Below, piece after piece: positions 1-214 of a stretch of DNA of 214 nt. The translations under genes were made by a program, and so were the position numbers. Numbering within the stretch: position 1 is the first letter of the stretch; the number at the start of each line of letters is the position of its first letter. The notes under the pieces were generated by a model, which saw nothing but the letters and a program-made list of their open reading frames with translations, was not told the origin of the DNA and did not search any database. Source of the DNA: Escherichia coli (lineage in GTDB: Bacteria > Pseudomonadota > Gammaproteobacteria > Enterobacterales > Enterobacteriaceae); the NCBI RefSeq assembly GCF_003334405.1, contig NZ_QOWM01000077.1; one strand, given 5' to 3'.

Positions 1-46
1 TCATCCTCATGAGCTGCAGATGCAAAAAAGCCTGCTCGTTGAGCAG
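1..46. repeat. Direct repeat copy 1 (exact 46/46 match to 169-214; period 168 bp); abuts the window start, so true repeat length is at least 46 bp
   Basis: Base-by-base comparison of 1-46 with 169-214 gives zero mismatches. Seen directly in sequence. Confidence 0.95.
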
Positions 47-214
47 GCTTTTCGAATTTGGTCGGTGATAGAGGATTACTCGCCACTTCGTGGCTCGCCC
101 TGCGGGCCGTTGCTGGCGCAACGTTCTCTCGCTTCGCTCGAGTCGAACCTCCCTGCCCCCGGAGGTTCTCATCCTCATGAGCTGCAGATGCAAAAAAGCC
201 TGCTCGTTGAGCAG
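2..214 (+). CDS. Stop-free reading frame spanning the whole window (register of ATG at 20-22 and 188-190); an open-frame observation, not a supported gene call
   Basis: All 71 codons in this register (2-4 through 212-214) are sense codons. Plus-strand stops occur only in the other two frames (TGA at 10, 40, 178, 208; TGA at 66 and TAG at 69). One unit from ATG 20 translates to MQKSLLVEQAFRIWSVIEDYSPLRGSPCGPLLAQRSLASLESNLPAPGGSHPHELQ (56 aa). Against coding: third-position GC is 33/56 (59%), the same as bulk GC; the frame runs through the terminator hairpin; no resemblance to any protein family I recognise. Confidence 0.12.
24..52. terminator. Intrinsic (rho-independent) terminator-like hairpin, bidirectional: A6, 8-bp GC-rich stem, 3-nt loop, T4
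   Basis: aaaaaa(24-29) gcctgctc(30-37) gtt(38-40) gagcaggc(41-48) tttt(49-52). The stem arms are perfect reverse complements, and with the flanking A/T the inverted repeat is 12 bp perfect (26-37 with 41-52). Minus-strand reading gives hairpin then U6 (complement of 24-29), the stronger orientation. Plus-strand reading gives hairpin then UUUUCGAAUUU, a weaker interrupted U-tract. Confidence 0.6.
82..123. other. Cluster of three adjacent short perfect stem-loops (potential structured RNA segment; strand undetermined)
   Basis: gccac-ttc-gtggc (82-94; 5-bp stem, 3-nt loop); gccc-tgc-gggc (97-107; 4-bp stem, 3-nt loop); cgttgc-tggc-gcaacg (108-123; 6-bp stem, 4-nt loop). All arms are perfect reverse complements. 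Function is inferred only. Confidence 0.4.
146..167. promoter_or_regulatory. 7-bp stem-loop pairing CCTCC (anti-SD-like) with GGAGG (Shine-Dalgarno-like), upstream of ATG at 177
   Basis: aacctcc(146-152) ctgccccc(153-160) ggaggtt(161-167), perfect 7-bp stem with 8-nt loop. GGAGG at 161-165 lies 11 nt upstream of ATG 177-179 (the copy of ATG 9-11). The structure is seen directly; a regulatory role is speculative. Confidence 0.3.
169..214. repeat. Direct repeat copy 2 (exact match to 1-46); abuts the window end
   Basis: Identical to 1-46 at offset 168. The window therefore holds 1.27 copies of a 168-bp unit. Confidence 0.95.
192..214. terminator. Second copy of the terminator-like hairpin, truncated by the window end (A6, left arm, loop, 6 nt of right arm)
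   Basis: aaaaaa(192-197) gcctgctc(198-205) gtt(206-208) gagcag(209-214), identical to 24-46. Lies inside the terminal repeat. Confidence 0.5.

Noticed and set aside
9-68. 19-codon ORF (MSCRCKKACSLSRLFEFGR) as a transcription-attenuation leader peptide
   Set aside because: The ORF reads through the terminator hairpin instead of ending before it, there is no alternative antiterminator pairing, and there is no run of regulatory codons beyond three scattered Cys. It is kept only as a low-interest finding linked to the SD/anti-SD hairpin.
39-79. Sigma70-like promoter hexamers (plus strand ttgagc / tgataga; minus strand ttgcat downstream of the terminator)
   Set aside because: Best candidates match only about 3 of 6 positions in either hexamer, with poor spacing. 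The window is GC-rich with only two TA dinucleotides, so there is no credible -10 element.
7-142. Cluster of 6-bp palindromic restriction sites (TCATGA 7-12, CTGCAG 14-19 and 182-187, TTCGAA 51-56, CTCGAG 137-142) as a sign of an engineered construct
   Set aside because: About two to three palindromic hexamers are expected by chance in 168 bp, and no recognisable vector, multiple cloning site or synthetic-part sequence is present.
140-150. tRNA T-arm-like motif GGTTCGA on the minus strand (plus-strand gagtcgaacct)
   Set aside because: The flanking bases that would form the 5-bp T-stem (ggagg / cgagc) are not complementary, and no acceptor stem or anticodon arm could be placed, so there is no cloverleaf.
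1-214. CRISPR array (two identical 46-bp repeats separated by 122 bp)
   Set aside because: Only two copies are visible, the spacing is far longer than any CRISPR spacer, and the repeat boundaries are set by the window edges rather than by sequence. The repeat also contains a terminator hairpin, not a CRISPR-type palindrome.
1-214. Insertion sequence or MITE with terminal repeats
   Set aside because: The terminal repeats are direct, not inverted, the unit is too small to encode a transposase, and no target-site-duplication pattern can be assessed in this window.
1-214. Minus-strand stop-free frames as protein-coding genes (e.g. MRMRTSGGREVRLERSERTLRQQRPAGRATKWRVILYHRPNSKSLLNEQAFLHLQL)
   Set aside because: The translations are arginine-rich and low-complexity, as expected for the antisense of GC-rich sequence, and there is no start-site context or recognisable domain. 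They are mentioned in the findings but not called as features.

Overview
The window is 1.27 copies of a 168-bp unit: bases 1-46 are identical (46/46) to bases 169-214, and both copies touch the window edges, so the true repeat may be longer. This is what a slice of a perfect tandem array, a small circular molecule written with wrap-around, or an assembly overlap artefact would look like; the sequence alone cannot distinguish them. Each unit carries a perfect 12-bp inverted repeat flanked by A6 and T4 (24-52; truncated copy 192-214), which looks like a bidirectional intrinsic terminator and is stronger on the minus strand (U6). The rest of the unit is GC-rich (about 58%, 98 of 168 by hand count) and packed with short perfect hairpins (82-94, 97-107, 108-123, 146-167), the last pairing CCTCC with a GGAGG Shine-Dalgarno-like motif. 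One plus-strand frame and two minus-strand frames have no stop codon anywhere, and because 168 is 56 codons the plus frame (ATG at 20 and 188) would read endlessly around a circle or array. Coding evidence is weak, though: third-position GC is not elevated and the frame runs through the terminator hairpin. I do not recognise the sequence as any known gene, RNA or mobile element and assign no gene symbols. The most defensible reading is a repeated, terminator-containing, structured non-coding module of unknown function.
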